The notes: generated by a model not told the origin, from the letters alone. DNA of 64,000 bases from Halobacteriovorax sp. (GCA_024686135.1 JAIBDQ010000001.1:26985-90984), one strand, 5' to 3'. Counted from the first letter of the stretch, positions 26,258-35,402 are shown. Numbers and translations are program-made.

Positions 26258-27064
26258 TTATTTTTTCCAGATTTTTTCTACCCATTCTGGGTGATCAATA
26301 AATGGGTTTCTATTTTTCTGAAACGTATATCCGCGATTATTTCTGTTTCTCTCGTGCTCACTTACAGGGTCCTGCTTATGCCACTTCAATAACATTCTTA
26401 CAAAGTGACCTTTGTAGACGCGGTCACGGCTACCATCTAGCCACTCGTGATGAAAGCTTTGGATTCGGTCTTCATATCTCGTGGCAAAATAAAGTAGTGA
26501 TCTTGCGATATCACCTTTGAATTCATCAATAGGTTCAAAAACTTTATTCCCAACATTTTCAAAAATATTTGTTCCTATTTTTGAGCCGTTCTTAGATGTC
26601 CATATTGCAACTTTTCCAACTTCACCAAAAGATAGGTGGCCTCTTCTATTGTTTACATATCCGTCTGAAGGATAAACGTGGAAGAAGTCTGAACGCATTG
26701 GTTTTCCTTTACTAAAGGAAGACTGAGGAAAGATATGTTCTCTATTGTAGCAGTCTGCTTCTTTCTTATAGTTTCCACATCTTTTTTTAGGAGAGTTAAA
26801 AATATAAGGATCTTTACCGTTTGGATTTTCAGAATACATATCAACAATAGAACCATCACCATCATAAGTCGTATCACGATCAGTTTCTTTGTAAGCATGA
26901 AATAGAGCGCCGTAGCTTTGTGATTTATGTGTTCGGGAGATGATTATTTTAAGGGCGGATTTTAATTGGTAGCCAGAGAGGCCTTCAACATTACTATAGT
27001 AATTTTTTGCTGCTATCGCTGAATTTGAAAATAAAACAGCAAAAATAATTATAAACTTATTCAC
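26258..27064 (-). CDS. secreted endonuclease I family nuclease (EndA/Vvn-like), paralogue 1
   Basis: Signal peptide. YNREHIFPQS, FEP..EFKGDIARSLLYF and NRNPFIDHPEW motifs. GTG start follows GAGGGG. Confidence 0.85.
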   Translation of the reverse strand: MNKFIIIFAVLFSNSAIAAKNYYSNVEGLSGYQLKSALKIIISRTHKSQSYGALFHAYKETDRDTTYDGDGSIVDMYSENPNGKDPYIFNSPKKRCGNYKKEADCYNREHIFPQSSFSKGKPMRSDFFHVYPSDGYVNNRRGHLSFGEVGKVAIWTSKNGSKIGTNIFENVGNKVFEPIDEFKGDIARSLLYFATRYEDRIQSFHHEWLDGSRDRVYKGHFVRMLLKWHKQDPVSEHERNRNNRGYTFQKNRNPFIDHPEWVEKIWKK

Positions 27065-27124
27065 TCTGCACCCCTCAATCCAGCTATTAAGTTAAACTTA
27101 TAGGGGCCATAAGGCAAATCTTGA

Positions 27125-28219
27125 CTAACGCAGGGGTTCAACCTTAATAAGGGCTCCTTCCTTATTTATAAGGACCCCTTCAAAATCAAAAGCTTCAGGG
27201 TTATAGGCTGGGGTTTTTCCCTCCCCGCCAGGTATATCTATGACGTACTGAGGTATCATCCAACCAGGTAAGTCATTTCTAAGTTGATGATAAAGATAAC
27301 GCCCTTCTGTAAGACTCAAATAAAAATGCATTCCACCTTTTACTCGATCAGGATGGTGTAAGTAGTAAGGAGTGATGCCGATATCGCTTAAGGCAGTAAA
27401 CAAACTTTTTAAAGACAAGAGGTCATCATTAACGTCTTTGAGTAAAACCGTTTGCGATAGTAGTTTTGCACCAGTCTTTTTTAGTTTTATCAATGAAGCT
27501 CTTACTTCATCATCTAGTTCATCCGTATGATTTGTATGTACTGCAATAATCAAATTGAAAAACTTCTTTTTATAACGAGAAAGTAATTGGCATAAGTCTT
27601 CCGTTACCCGGCTTGGAAGGATTACGGGAGTTCTTGAATGAATTCTTAAATACTTTAGATTTGGTAACTTAGAGAACTCTTCAAAAAGAACTTTTAGCTT
27701 TTCATCACTTAAAATAAGAGGGTCACCCCCTGATAGAATAACCTCATTAACTTCTGGGTTTTCAATTAAATAATTTATGGCCTCTTTTAATTGCCCTTCA
27801 AAAAGATAGGAAGGCTCCGCTAATTCATTTTTTCTAAAGCAATAACGGCAGTTGATTGGGCAAAAAGGAGTGGGAAAAAAAAGCAGTCGATTCTTATAGC
27901 GATGAATGATCTTTCCAGGCTTTGAGTGGATATTATCTCCGATGGGGTCGTTCATTCCTTGCGAACTTGTTTCTTCTTTTTCAGGAACAAATTGCTTCCA
28001 AAGGGGACTGCTCTTTCCAGCTTTTTTAATTTTATGAGCAAAGCTTTTCGGAATAAAAACTGGGTAATTGGTTCTAGGTAGTTTGCAGTTTAAGTGTTTT
28101 TCTAGCTCCGAGTTGGTTTTAATAGCTTCTTTTAATTCGAGCTTCCAAGCAACATGAGATTTATTTTGAGATAAATGACTTTTGGATTCTTGTTCGTTTA
28201 ATAAATTAAGGCCGAACAT
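27125..28219 (-). CDS. KamA-family radical SAM lysine 2,3-aminomutase (EpmB-like)
   Basis: CPINCRYCFRK radical-SAM cluster, HRYKNRLL upstream motif, GGDPL. ATG 28219 has SD AAGAGGG 5 nt upstream; the ORF-track TTG 28324 has none. Confidence 0.85.
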   Translation of the reverse strand: MFGLNLLNEQESKSHLSQNKSHVAWKLELKEAIKTNSELEKHLNCKLPRTNYPVFIPKSFAHKIKKAGKSSPLWKQFVPEKEETSSQGMNDPIGDNIHSKPGKIIHRYKNRLLFFPTPFCPINCRYCFRKNELAEPSYLFEGQLKEAINYLIENPEVNEVILSGGDPLILSDEKLKVLFEEFSKLPNLKYLRIHSRTPVILPSRVTEDLCQLLSRYKKKFFNLIIAVHTNHTDELDDEVRASLIKLKKTGAKLLSQTVLLKDVNDDLLSLKSLFTALSDIGITPYYLHHPDRVKGGMHFYLSLTEGRYLYHQLRNDLPGWMIPQYVIDIPGGEGKTPAYNPEAFDFEGVLINKEGALIKVEPLR

Positions 28220-28445
28220 TTCCGCCCTCTTTAATGAACTGTCTTTTTCCCCACCAAGCGCAGCCTCTAATAAGGGCAGCACCATAAATGGCCATTCCAA
28301 AAAAGTGGTACATGACTTCTTCAATGGTTCCTTGACCGGTTTCTGTTAAGGCGTAGTGGATCCACTTTAAAAGGATTAGATGCAGCACTAGAATAATAAG
28401 CTGTTGTATTCTTAACCCAATATTGTCTTTGTTTATTAAAGTCAT
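28206..28445 (-). CDS. possible small membrane protein (hypothetical)
   Basis: 79-aa ORF with two hydrophobic segments. It fills the gap between the exonuclease and kamA-like genes. No SD seen. Confidence 0.3.
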   Translation of the reverse strand: MTLINKDNIGLRIQQLIILVLHLILLKWIHYALTETGQGTIEEVMYHFFGMAIYGAALIRGCAWWGKRQFIKEGGNVRP

Positions 28446-28468
28446 ACTTTTAAATATAATGTGAAACG

Positions 28469-29359
28469 TTAATTGTTAAGTAACTTCTCTCGTTCAATCT
28501 GTTCTTGGGTACTTAGGGTCTTGTATTCCGCGATTTTCTTAACAGCAAAGGACTTATACAAGTTGCTAACTAAACAATGGGCATAGAGAATTAGCCCGTC
28601 AGGCATGGGAAGGAGGCTAATCGGTCTAACCGGTCTAAATTTTCCCTTCATGCTTCCGCCTTTGTATTTGATATCAATCATTTCTTGGCTTGCCACAAGA
28701 GGTTCAAGTCCTTTGATCTGTCTTGGGATATCTAGTTCTGCGTTCTCATCAAAACTATTCATCTCAAATAAAAAAGCGCTGTTTAAAATCTTTGTATTTT
28801 TCTTTTGTTCAAAATAAGTATGAAGCGCCTTAGTAAAAACATGCAAGCAAGCCTTCGCATCATCAAGGGCACGATGATGATTTTCTAATTTAATATCAAG
28901 CTTCTCAACTAGAGTTGCTAACTTGTGATTAGGAAATTCTGTAAAAACTTTTCTTGAAAGAGCGCAGGAGCAATAGACCTTAGCTGCGGGTAAATTCAAT
29001 TTATTTTGAAGCATATCAAAGACGATAAAACCCACATCGAACTTGGCGTTATGGGCGATTAGTGGAAAGCCAGCGATAAAATCTACAAATTCTGGAATTA
29101 CTGAATCAATCTTTGGGGCATCCGCCACCATCTCATCAGTTATGTTATGGATCTCAGTCGTGAAGGGAGGAATGGGAATTCCGGGCTGAATCAGCTTATC
29201 AAAAGTCTCAAAACCGTCCTGTGTGACCTTTATTCCAGAAATCTCGATGATTCTATCAACTAAGGGTGAGAGCCCAGTTGTCTCCAGGTCAAAGGCTACG
29301 ACGCCCTGTGGGAAAAAATGGCGGAGGATGTCTAATTCGTCGCTACTAAGATGTTTCAA
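28469..29359 (-). CDS. DnaQ/epsilon-like DEDDh 3'-5' exonuclease with extra C-terminal domain
   Basis: Exo motifs FDLETTG, HNAKFDVGF and HRALDDA, plus about 100 aa of unassigned C-terminal sequence. TTG start. Confidence 0.8.
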   Translation of the reverse strand: MKHLSSDELDILRHFFPQGVVAFDLETTGLSPLVDRIIEISGIKVTQDGFETFDKLIQPGIPIPPFTTEIHNITDEMVADAPKIDSVIPEFVDFIAGFPLIAHNAKFDVGFIVFDMLQNKLNLPAAKVYCSCALSRKVFTEFPNHKLATLVEKLDIKLENHHRALDDAKACLHVFTKALHTYFEQKKNTKILNSAFLFEMNSFDENAELDIPRQIKGLEPLVASQEMIDIKYKGGSMKGKFRPVRPISLLPMPDGLILYAHCLVSNLYKSFAVKKIAEYKTLSTQEQIEREKLLNN

Positions 29360-29399
29360 AAACGTTCCAGATATTAAAGACTTAGGGGCTTTGCTGTCG

Positions 29400-29428
29400 T
29401 TGACAACGGAGCCTTACAGCCTTAAAAA
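29400..29428 (+). promoter_or_regulatory. candidate sigma-70 promoter of lpdA-E2
   Basis: TTGACA, 17-nt spacer, TAAAAA, located 60 nt upstream of the lpdA ATG. Confidence 0.35.
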
Positions 29429-29487
29429 GTGTTTTAATATTAAAGACATATAGCCCAAAACGCTTAAAGGTACAAACGAGACAATCC

Positions 29488-30882
29488 ATGAAAAGTTTTG
29501 ACGTTATCGTCCTCGGCTCAGGTCCCGGGGGATATATTGCGGCCATCCGCGCTTCGCAATTAGGAAAAAAAGTTGCCATCATCGAAGCTGAAGAGCTTGG
29601 TGGGGTTTGTTTGAATAAAGGTTGTATTCCAACCAAGGCCGTTCTTAAGTCGGCCCATTCTGTTCATGAGCTTGATGATATGAAGTCTCTTGGAATTGAT
29701 TTTGATTTAAAGTCAGTTAAGCTTGATGGCGCAGTAGCAGTCAAAAGAGCGAAAGGAATTAGCGACAGAATTTCTAAAGGTGTTGGTTTTCTTATGAAGA
29801 AAAACAAGATCGAAGTTATCTCTGGCCTTGGAATTCTTACGGGTCCAAATACCGTTGAAGTAAAAAACAAAAAAGGTCATTCAGAATCTTTTGGTTTTAA
29901 AAATATGATTATCGCCACCGGCGCACATTATAGAACTTTCCCTGGTCTAGAGCATGATGGGAAAAGACTTATTGGTGCTTGGGAAGCGATTAAAATGGAA
30001 GAGCTTCCAAAAAGTATTGGAATTATCGGTGCCGGGGCTATCGGTGTAGAGTTTGCTTATTTTTGGAACGCCTTTGGTGTAGATGTTCATATCTTTGAAT
30101 TACAAAAGAACCTACTCCCCATAGAAGATACAGACTCCTCTAAGGCCGTTGAGAAGGCTTATAAAAAGTACGGAATCAAGATGTCTCTTGGTGTAGAGAA
30201 AGTTGAGGCGAAGTCCACTTCTAAGGAAGTTGTTATTACAGCTGTGGAAGGTGGAAAAAAGATCGAATACAAATTTGAAAAAGGTCTTATTGCTGTTGGT
30301 ATGACGGGTAATATTGAAAATATAGGTTTAGAGAAACTTGGAATAAAGACTGATCGTGGTTTTATTCAGGTAAATGATATGCACCAAACTAACCTTCCAC
30401 ATGTTTACGCCATTGGTGATGTTAGTGGACCACCACTTCTTGCCCATGCAGCTTCTCACGAAGGAGTGATTGCAGCTGAGCATATGAGTGGGGGACATCC
30501 TCATGCTATGGATAAGATGAATATTCCAGGTTGTACTTATTGTCAGCCGCAGGTCGCTTCTATTGGTTATACGGAACGCGCTCTTAAGGAAAAAGGAATC
30601 GAATACAAAGTTGGAAATGTTCCATTTGTGGCTAACGGAAAAGCAGTAGCTTCAAATGAGAAAGATGGGTTTGTAAAAACTCTTATTGGTAAGCACGGTG
30701 AAATGCTTGGGGCCCATATTGTTGGAACTCACGCCACTGAACTAATACATGAATATGCCCTTTTTAAAACGATGGAAGGGATTGATGAAGAAATATTTGC
30801 TACGGTTCACCCGCACCCAACTCTTGGAGAGTTTTTAGCGGAGTCTGTCTTAGCAGCAAAGGGACGCGCCCTTAATTATTAA
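29488..30882 (+). CDS. lpdA: dihydrolipoyl dehydrogenase (E3)
   Basis: GSGPGGY FAD motif, redox-active GGVCLNKGCIPTK, second GAGAIGVE dinucleotide fold, C-terminal HPHPTL. Confidence 0.95.
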   Translation: MKSFDVIVLGSGPGGYIAAIRASQLGKKVAIIEAEELGGVCLNKGCIPTKAVLKSAHSVHELDDMKSLGIDFDLKSVKLDGAVAVKRAKGISDRISKGVGFLMKKNKIEVISGLGILTGPNTVEVKNKKGHSESFGFKNMIIATGAHYRTFPGLEHDGKRLIGAWEAIKMEELPKSIGIIGAGAIGVEFAYFWNAFGVDVHIFELQKNLLPIEDTDSSKAVEKAYKKYGIKMSLGVEKVEAKSTSKEVVITAVEGGKKIEYKFEKGLIAVGMTGNIENIGLEKLGIKTDRGFIQVNDMHQTNLPHVYAIGDVSGPPLLAHAASHEGVIAAEHMSGGHPHAMDKMNIPGCTYCQPQVASIGYTERALKEKGIEYKVGNVPFVANGKAVASNEKDGFVKTLIGKHGEMLGAHIVGTHATELIHEYALFKTMEGIDEEIFATVHPHPTLGEFLAESVLAAKGRALNY

Positions 30883-30899
30883 ATAATACGGAGTAAAAT

Positions 30900-32237
30900 A
30901 TGGCCAAACATGAAATCGTAATGCCTCAGATGGGTGAATCAATTACTAACGGAACCATCACAACTTGGCATAAGAAACCAGGAGATGAAATCGACCTGGA
31001 TGAAATCCTTCTTGAGATCTCTACTGATAAAGTTGAATCTGAAATCCCTTCTCCAATGAAGGGACGTGTTTGGGAAGTTCTTTTTCCTGAAGGTGAAACA
31101 GTTGATGTTGGAATAAAGATCGCTGTTATTGAAGATGATCTAAGCCTTGCTTTCGATGGAAGCTCTACACCAGCAGCAAGTGCATCAGCCCCTGCTGCTC
31201 CTGCAGAAACTCCGAAAGCTGAAGCCCCAGCAGCACCTGCGGCTGCACCAGCACCCGCTGCTACGAATGATACCGGGACACCGGACGGTCGTTTCTACAC
31301 TCCACTTGTTAAGGCCATGGCCGCTGAAGCGGGTGTAGCCCTTTCTGAGCTAGCTAATGTAGCAGGTACAGGAGCAGGGGGAAGAGTTAATAAAGCAGAC
31401 TTTTTAAAATTCTTAGATAGCCGTGGTTCGGCTCCTACTCAAAGCGCAGCTGCGCCGGTTGCTGCGGCAACTGCCTCCGCACCTGCAGCAACTTCAGTTC
31501 CTGCTGGAGGAGTCGCTTCGGTTACGGCAAGTGGTGAGAGAGTGGAAATTATCCCAATGGATAATATGAGAAAGGCCATTGCTAAAAATATGGTTGAATC
31601 AAAATTAACTTCTCCACATGTAAACTCACTAGATGAAATCGATATGACTAATCTTGTGAAATTTAGAGAAGGATTTAAGAATGAGTTTAAGAAGCAAGAA
31701 GGCTTCTCCTTAACTTATACCCACTTTATTTTATACGCCTTAGTTCAGGCATTAAGAGAGCATCCTCTGGTTAACTCTTCAGTTGACGGAAATAATATCG
31801 TTGTTAAAAAAGATATTAACCTCGGTTGCGCTGTAGCCGTTCCTGGAAATGGATTGGTTGTTCCAACTATTAGGAGTGCTGACTCCTTGAACATTACGGG
31901 AATTGCCAGAAAGGTTAATGAACTCGCAGCAAAAGCTAGAAGTAAAAAACTTACTATGGATGAGCTAACTGGTGGAACATTTACTTTCACTAATGTTGGA
32001 TCTTTTGGAACGCTAATGGCGACCCCAGTTATTCTTCAGCCTCAGCTCGGAATCTTTGCTTCGGGTGTTATTAAAAAGCGTCCGGTTGTAAGAGGAGATG
32101 ATGCCATCGCGATCCGCTCTATGATGTACGGAACTCATACTTATGATCATAGAGTCGTAGATGGACAGCTCGGTGGGATGTTCCTTAACTCAGTTAAGTA
32201 CAACCTTGAGAATATGGACCCAAGCTCACTTTTTTAG
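30900..32237 (+). CDS. 2-oxoacid dehydrogenase E2 dihydrolipoamide acyltransferase
   Basis: One lipoyl domain (EISTDKVESEIPSP), Ala/Pro linkers, a peripheral subunit-binding domain (TPLVKAMAAEAGV...GTGAGGRV), and a catalytic domain with DHRVVDG. Confidence 0.9.
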   Translation: MAKHEIVMPQMGESITNGTITTWHKKPGDEIDLDEILLEISTDKVESEIPSPMKGRVWEVLFPEGETVDVGIKIAVIEDDLSLAFDGSSTPAASASAPAAPAETPKAEAPAAPAAAPAPAATNDTGTPDGRFYTPLVKAMAAEAGVALSELANVAGTGAGGRVNKADFLKFLDSRGSAPTQSAAAPVAAATASAPAATSVPAGGVASVTASGERVEIIPMDNMRKAIAKNMVESKLTSPHVNSLDEIDMTNLVKFREGFKNEFKKQEGFSLTYTHFILYALVQALREHPLVNSSVDGNNIVVKKDINLGCAVAVPGNGLVVPTIRSADSLNITGIARKVNELAAKARSKKLTMDELTGGTFTFTNVGSFGTLMATPVILQPQLGIFASGVIKKRPVVRGDDAIAIRSMMYGTHTYDHRVVDGQLGGMFLNSVKYNLENMDPSSLF

Positions 32238-32359
32238 AAAATTTCTCAATTGGCTGAAGACTTATAACGGGTTTTCAGCCACTTATCTTAATTTCTTAAG
32301 AATCTTAACCATACCTTTAACTACAGCGATTTATCGAAATGACCGATAATATAGGTAGG

Positions 32360-33013
32360 ATGAAACAAATAATATTGTCTTCTATTCTCTTCCTAAGCGC
32401 TTGTTCGATATTCGATAAAGCAGCTTATGAACAGGCTGAAATGGCTGCTAAGTCCAACCAAGTGGTGGATACCAGCTCATATTGGGAGTACCAGTATGTA
32501 ACCCTTGCTAAGTTCTACGAGGTTCAATGCGGAAAAGCTAAGGCCTCATTTGATAAATGGGTCAGCCAAAATGGCTTTGAGAAGGCTGATCAGGAGATAC
32601 CTAAACTCTGCACCCCAGTATCTGGTTTAGGCGAGCATACGGGCAAGTGTATGCCTGAGCAGGGGGATTTTACTTATAAGCTAAAAGACGTCAATGGAAG
32701 AACTGCTAGGGTGGACTTTATTGTCGCTGGAAAAAGATGTTTCGCAGATGTTCACATCCTAACTGAGGTTATTAAAAACCAAAATGGAAGAACTATTTGT
32801 CATAAGGGATCGAGCACAGAATGTGCCCTTTATCTCTCTAAAGTAGAGGGCGATAATACCTCATTCACAAGAGACATCGGTCATCAAGCAGATATCTATT
32901 TTAAGGAGATTGGTTTTAGAGGAAGACTCTTTAATTTTTATCATTTTGAGACGACCAAATCTGCTTTTGAAGAATCAAATAATTACCGAACTTATAGCTC
33001 CTCTCCCTACTAA
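32360..33013 (+). CDS. hypothetical Cys-containing lipoprotein
   Basis: MKQIILSSILFLSAC lipobox from ATG 32360. No recognised domain. Confidence 0.5.
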   Translation: MKQIILSSILFLSACSIFDKAAYEQAEMAAKSNQVVDTSSYWEYQYVTLAKFYEVQCGKAKASFDKWVSQNGFEKADQEIPKLCTPVSGLGEHTGKCMPEQGDFTYKLKDVNGRTARVDFIVAGKRCFADVHILTEVIKNQNGRTICHKGSSTECALYLSKVEGDNTSFTRDIGHQADIYFKEIGFRGRLFNFYHFETTKSAFEESNNYRTYSSSPY

Positions 33014-33139
33014 ACTCATTTAAACTGGCACCCTCTGTGCACTATAGAACCCATATAAAGAAGTTTACTTCTTAAGATGCTGGAAATCAGTGTGGTCTTT
33101 GCGAGTATATTGGACCAGTGTCTAAACTTTAGACGGAAT

Positions 33140-33841
33140 ATGGGCATGCGTTTTATTGTTATTCTATATTTACTTATGAGCATCCAGTCAGCTCATGCAA
33201 TTTTTGGAACTTCTGAATTCCCTTCAGATCCTATTTCGGTCTTTGAATTAGGCGTATCACAGTTAGAGAGGAAGAATTTTAAAAAGGCAGTAAAGACTTT
33301 TGATCACTTTTTATCAAAGCATTCGAATCACGACCTTTTTCCTAAAGCAAAAGTAAAGTACGGAGACGCTCTCTATGGAAATGAGAAGTACTTAAAAGCG
33401 CTACGTGTTTACGAGAGATCCCACTTAGAATCACCTCATAGCGAAGATGGGGCTCACACTCTTTTTAGAATGGGTCAATGTAACTTAAGGTTTATTTCTA
33501 AAGATAAAGGACAAAAGCATATTCCCTATGCCATTGCGGCCTTTGAAAGGTTTCTAACTCTTTATCCAGAAAACGAAAAAGTTGAGCAGGCCAAGAGGAA
33601 TATTTTAGCTGTGAAAAAAGTTGAGGCTGAATATCAAATTGAGGTGGGGAACTACTATTTTAGACATAAGGACTACTGCGCCGCTTTTAATCATTTTGAA
33701 AAAGTTTTGAAAATGAAAGACTATGGAACCTATAAGTCTGTAGATACTTATATTGCAAAATGCCAAGCCAAAGAGACTTGTCTAGATGAACTTGCCGTTT
33801 GCGAGTTTGATCTTAGGGAAGTCAATTCTCGGATGAAATAA
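33140..33841 (+). CDS. BamD/YfiO-like TPR outer-membrane assembly factor
   Basis: Signal peptide MGMRFIVILYLLMSIQSAHA. TPR-like helices, with FERFLTLYPENEKVEQAK and EYQIEVGNYYF segments resembling BamD. An upstream ATG at 33077 is also possible. Confidence 0.55.
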   Translation: MGMRFIVILYLLMSIQSAHAIFGTSEFPSDPISVFELGVSQLERKNFKKAVKTFDHFLSKHSNHDLFPKAKVKYGDALYGNEKYLKALRVYERSHLESPHSEDGAHTLFRMGQCNLRFISKDKGQKHIPYAIAAFERFLTLYPENEKVEQAKRNILAVKKVEAEYQIEVGNYYFRHKDYCAAFNHFEKVLKMKDYGTYKSVDTYIAKCQAKETCLDELAVCEFDLREVNSRMK

Positions 33842-34681
33842 TTAAAAGTTTTTTATTCTATCAACTAGATTTGGGAAATCGATAAAAGGATTTCTATTCC
33901 TTTGGATTTCAAAAATTGTTTGGTTTCTTTCTCTTTCTTCAGCATCGACAGGGTCAATTTCATGCCACTGTCTTAGATAAGCTTCTTGATGTTCTGAAAT
34001 CTTGATTTGGTAACGAATTGAAAAATAAAATAAGGCTCTCGCAACATTACCTTTATGTTCCGTAGGTGGTTCGAAATAATCATAACTACCCTTGGGAGTG
34101 CCTGAGTAGGAAGCTGCACAGTCATTTTCAAGAGGGTCACCATTAACATTTGCGAACTCGTTATTTCCTCGAACACTATTAGCTCTACTATCAGTAGGAA
34201 ATAAATGGTGAAGGTCTGACTTTTGAAGACCTTTTGGAAATCTTCCAGAGAACTTTGACTGGGGCCAAGTATGCTCACAATTGATTTGGCTGTGATTTGG
34301 AATAATATTTGGTCCAACTTGAGTCTGAGAATTCGTAACCTTTCTTCTGCAGTAAACGTCTTTAATATAATATCCGTCAGCGTCTTCCTCTAAATGAAGC
34401 TTTCCAAAAAGAACTTTTCTAGCTCCTCTGTATCCAAGAGATCTTTGCTCGTAACAATTTCCTTTTGGACCTTCAGCACAAGAACTAACGATGACATCGT
34501 CACCTTTTTTGACTCTAATATGTTTCTTTTCAAGAACATTAAAGAGAATCTCTTTTAGTTCTTGTCCGTTAACACTGGTATTTTTAAATTGTTGCTTAGT
34601 AGCGGTTGGGTAGTAATGAGAAACTGCGATAGCTTCCTGTGCCAATAGTAAGAATACGCTTACGACTAGTAATAACTTCAA
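33842..34681 (-). CDS. secreted endonuclease I family nuclease, paralogue 2
   Basis: Signal peptide. CEHTWPQSKF, DLHHLFPTD, FEPP..HKGNVARALFYF and NRNPFIDFP motifs. TTG start follows AGAGAGG. Confidence 0.85.
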   Translation of the reverse strand: MKLLLVVSVFLLLAQEAIAVSHYYPTATKQQFKNTSVNGQELKEILFNVLEKKHIRVKKGDDVIVSSCAEGPKGNCYEQRSLGYRGARKVLFGKLHLEEDADGYYIKDVYCRRKVTNSQTQVGPNIIPNHSQINCEHTWPQSKFSGRFPKGLQKSDLHHLFPTDSRANSVRGNNEFANVNGDPLENDCAASYSGTPKGSYDYFEPPTEHKGNVARALFYFSIRYQIKISEHQEAYLRQWHEIDPVDAEERERNQTIFEIQRNRNPFIDFPNLVDRIKNF

Positions 34682-34916
34682 CCTAACCTCTCTGTTTAGA
34701 TGGGCCTAATATTACAAATCAGTATCAGTTTGGCTAATACTTTGTTGAAGTCGAGCCTAAAAAAAAATATTACAAATTTTGAGTCTAACTATCGAATTAT
34801 ATTGATTTTTGTGAAAGGTTTTGCCTTTTTGAAATTGGGTCGGTATATCTACGGAACCTAAAAAACGAAATTATGCGGAAAGTCATTAGAAGGCTTCCCT
34901 TACGAGAGACGAACAC

Positions 34917-35315
34917 ATGACTAAAATTTTATTACCATTACTATTGGCCTTAGCATTAACAAGCGTGGCCCATGCATCACCAGAAAGTTGCTATGAAGCT
35001 TTTACTGAAGGTCACACACAAGACAGTAGAAACTTTTCTGTTAATTTGAATGATCTTGATATGCGCGAGTATGGCAGAGATTATCAAGCTGAGGCAATCT
35101 TTGTAATCCGTGAGTTAGCTAAAGAGTTAGGCTGTAAAAGAAAAGACCTAAACTTTGGAAAAGGTGTTCATGGCAGATCAAAGCATCGTTGCAAAACTTT
35201 GATTCCTGGGAGAGCTCATACGGCCGTATGTTATATTGAAACAAACTTAGGATACTTCTTTTTAACTAAAGATTTCCTAGATAAAGCAAACATCACTTAC
35301 AATCGTTGGGACTAG
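34917..35315 (+). CDS. hypothetical exported protein
   Basis: 132 aa with signal peptide LLLALALTSVAHA and several Cys. Followed by a strong terminator. Confidence 0.5.
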   Translation: MTKILLPLLLALALTSVAHASPESCYEAFTEGHTQDSRNFSVNLNDLDMREYGRDYQAEAIFVIRELAKELGCKRKDLNFGKGVHGRSKHRCKTLIPGRAHTAVCYIETNLGYFFLTKDFLDKANITYNRWD

Positions 35316-35350
35316 TCCTAGTTCAATTTCAGAATTTTTGTCAGAATAAA

Positions 35351-35377
35351 AAAAGGCACCTTCTAGAGGTGCCTTTT
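35351..35377. terminator. bidirectional rho-independent terminator
   Basis: AAAAGGCACCT-TCTAG-AGGTGCCTTTT: a GC-containing stem flanked by an A-run and a T-run, between convergent genes. Confidence 0.7.
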
Positions 35378-35402
35378 CGTTATGTTTGAATAGCTTCTTT
35401 TC

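Noticed and set aside
28220-28324. TTG-initiated 35-codon extension of the KamA-like gene
   Set aside because: It has no SD and overlaps the possible 79-aa membrane ORF. ATG 28219 has a well-spaced AAGAGGG and gives a typical family length.
31147-31338. GC-rich patch with an alternative-frame 63-aa ORF; possible foreign insert
   Set aside because: It is the Ala/Pro-rich inter-domain linker of the E2 acyltransferase. The compositional shift comes from GCN/CCN codons, and the alternative ORF is a frame shadow.
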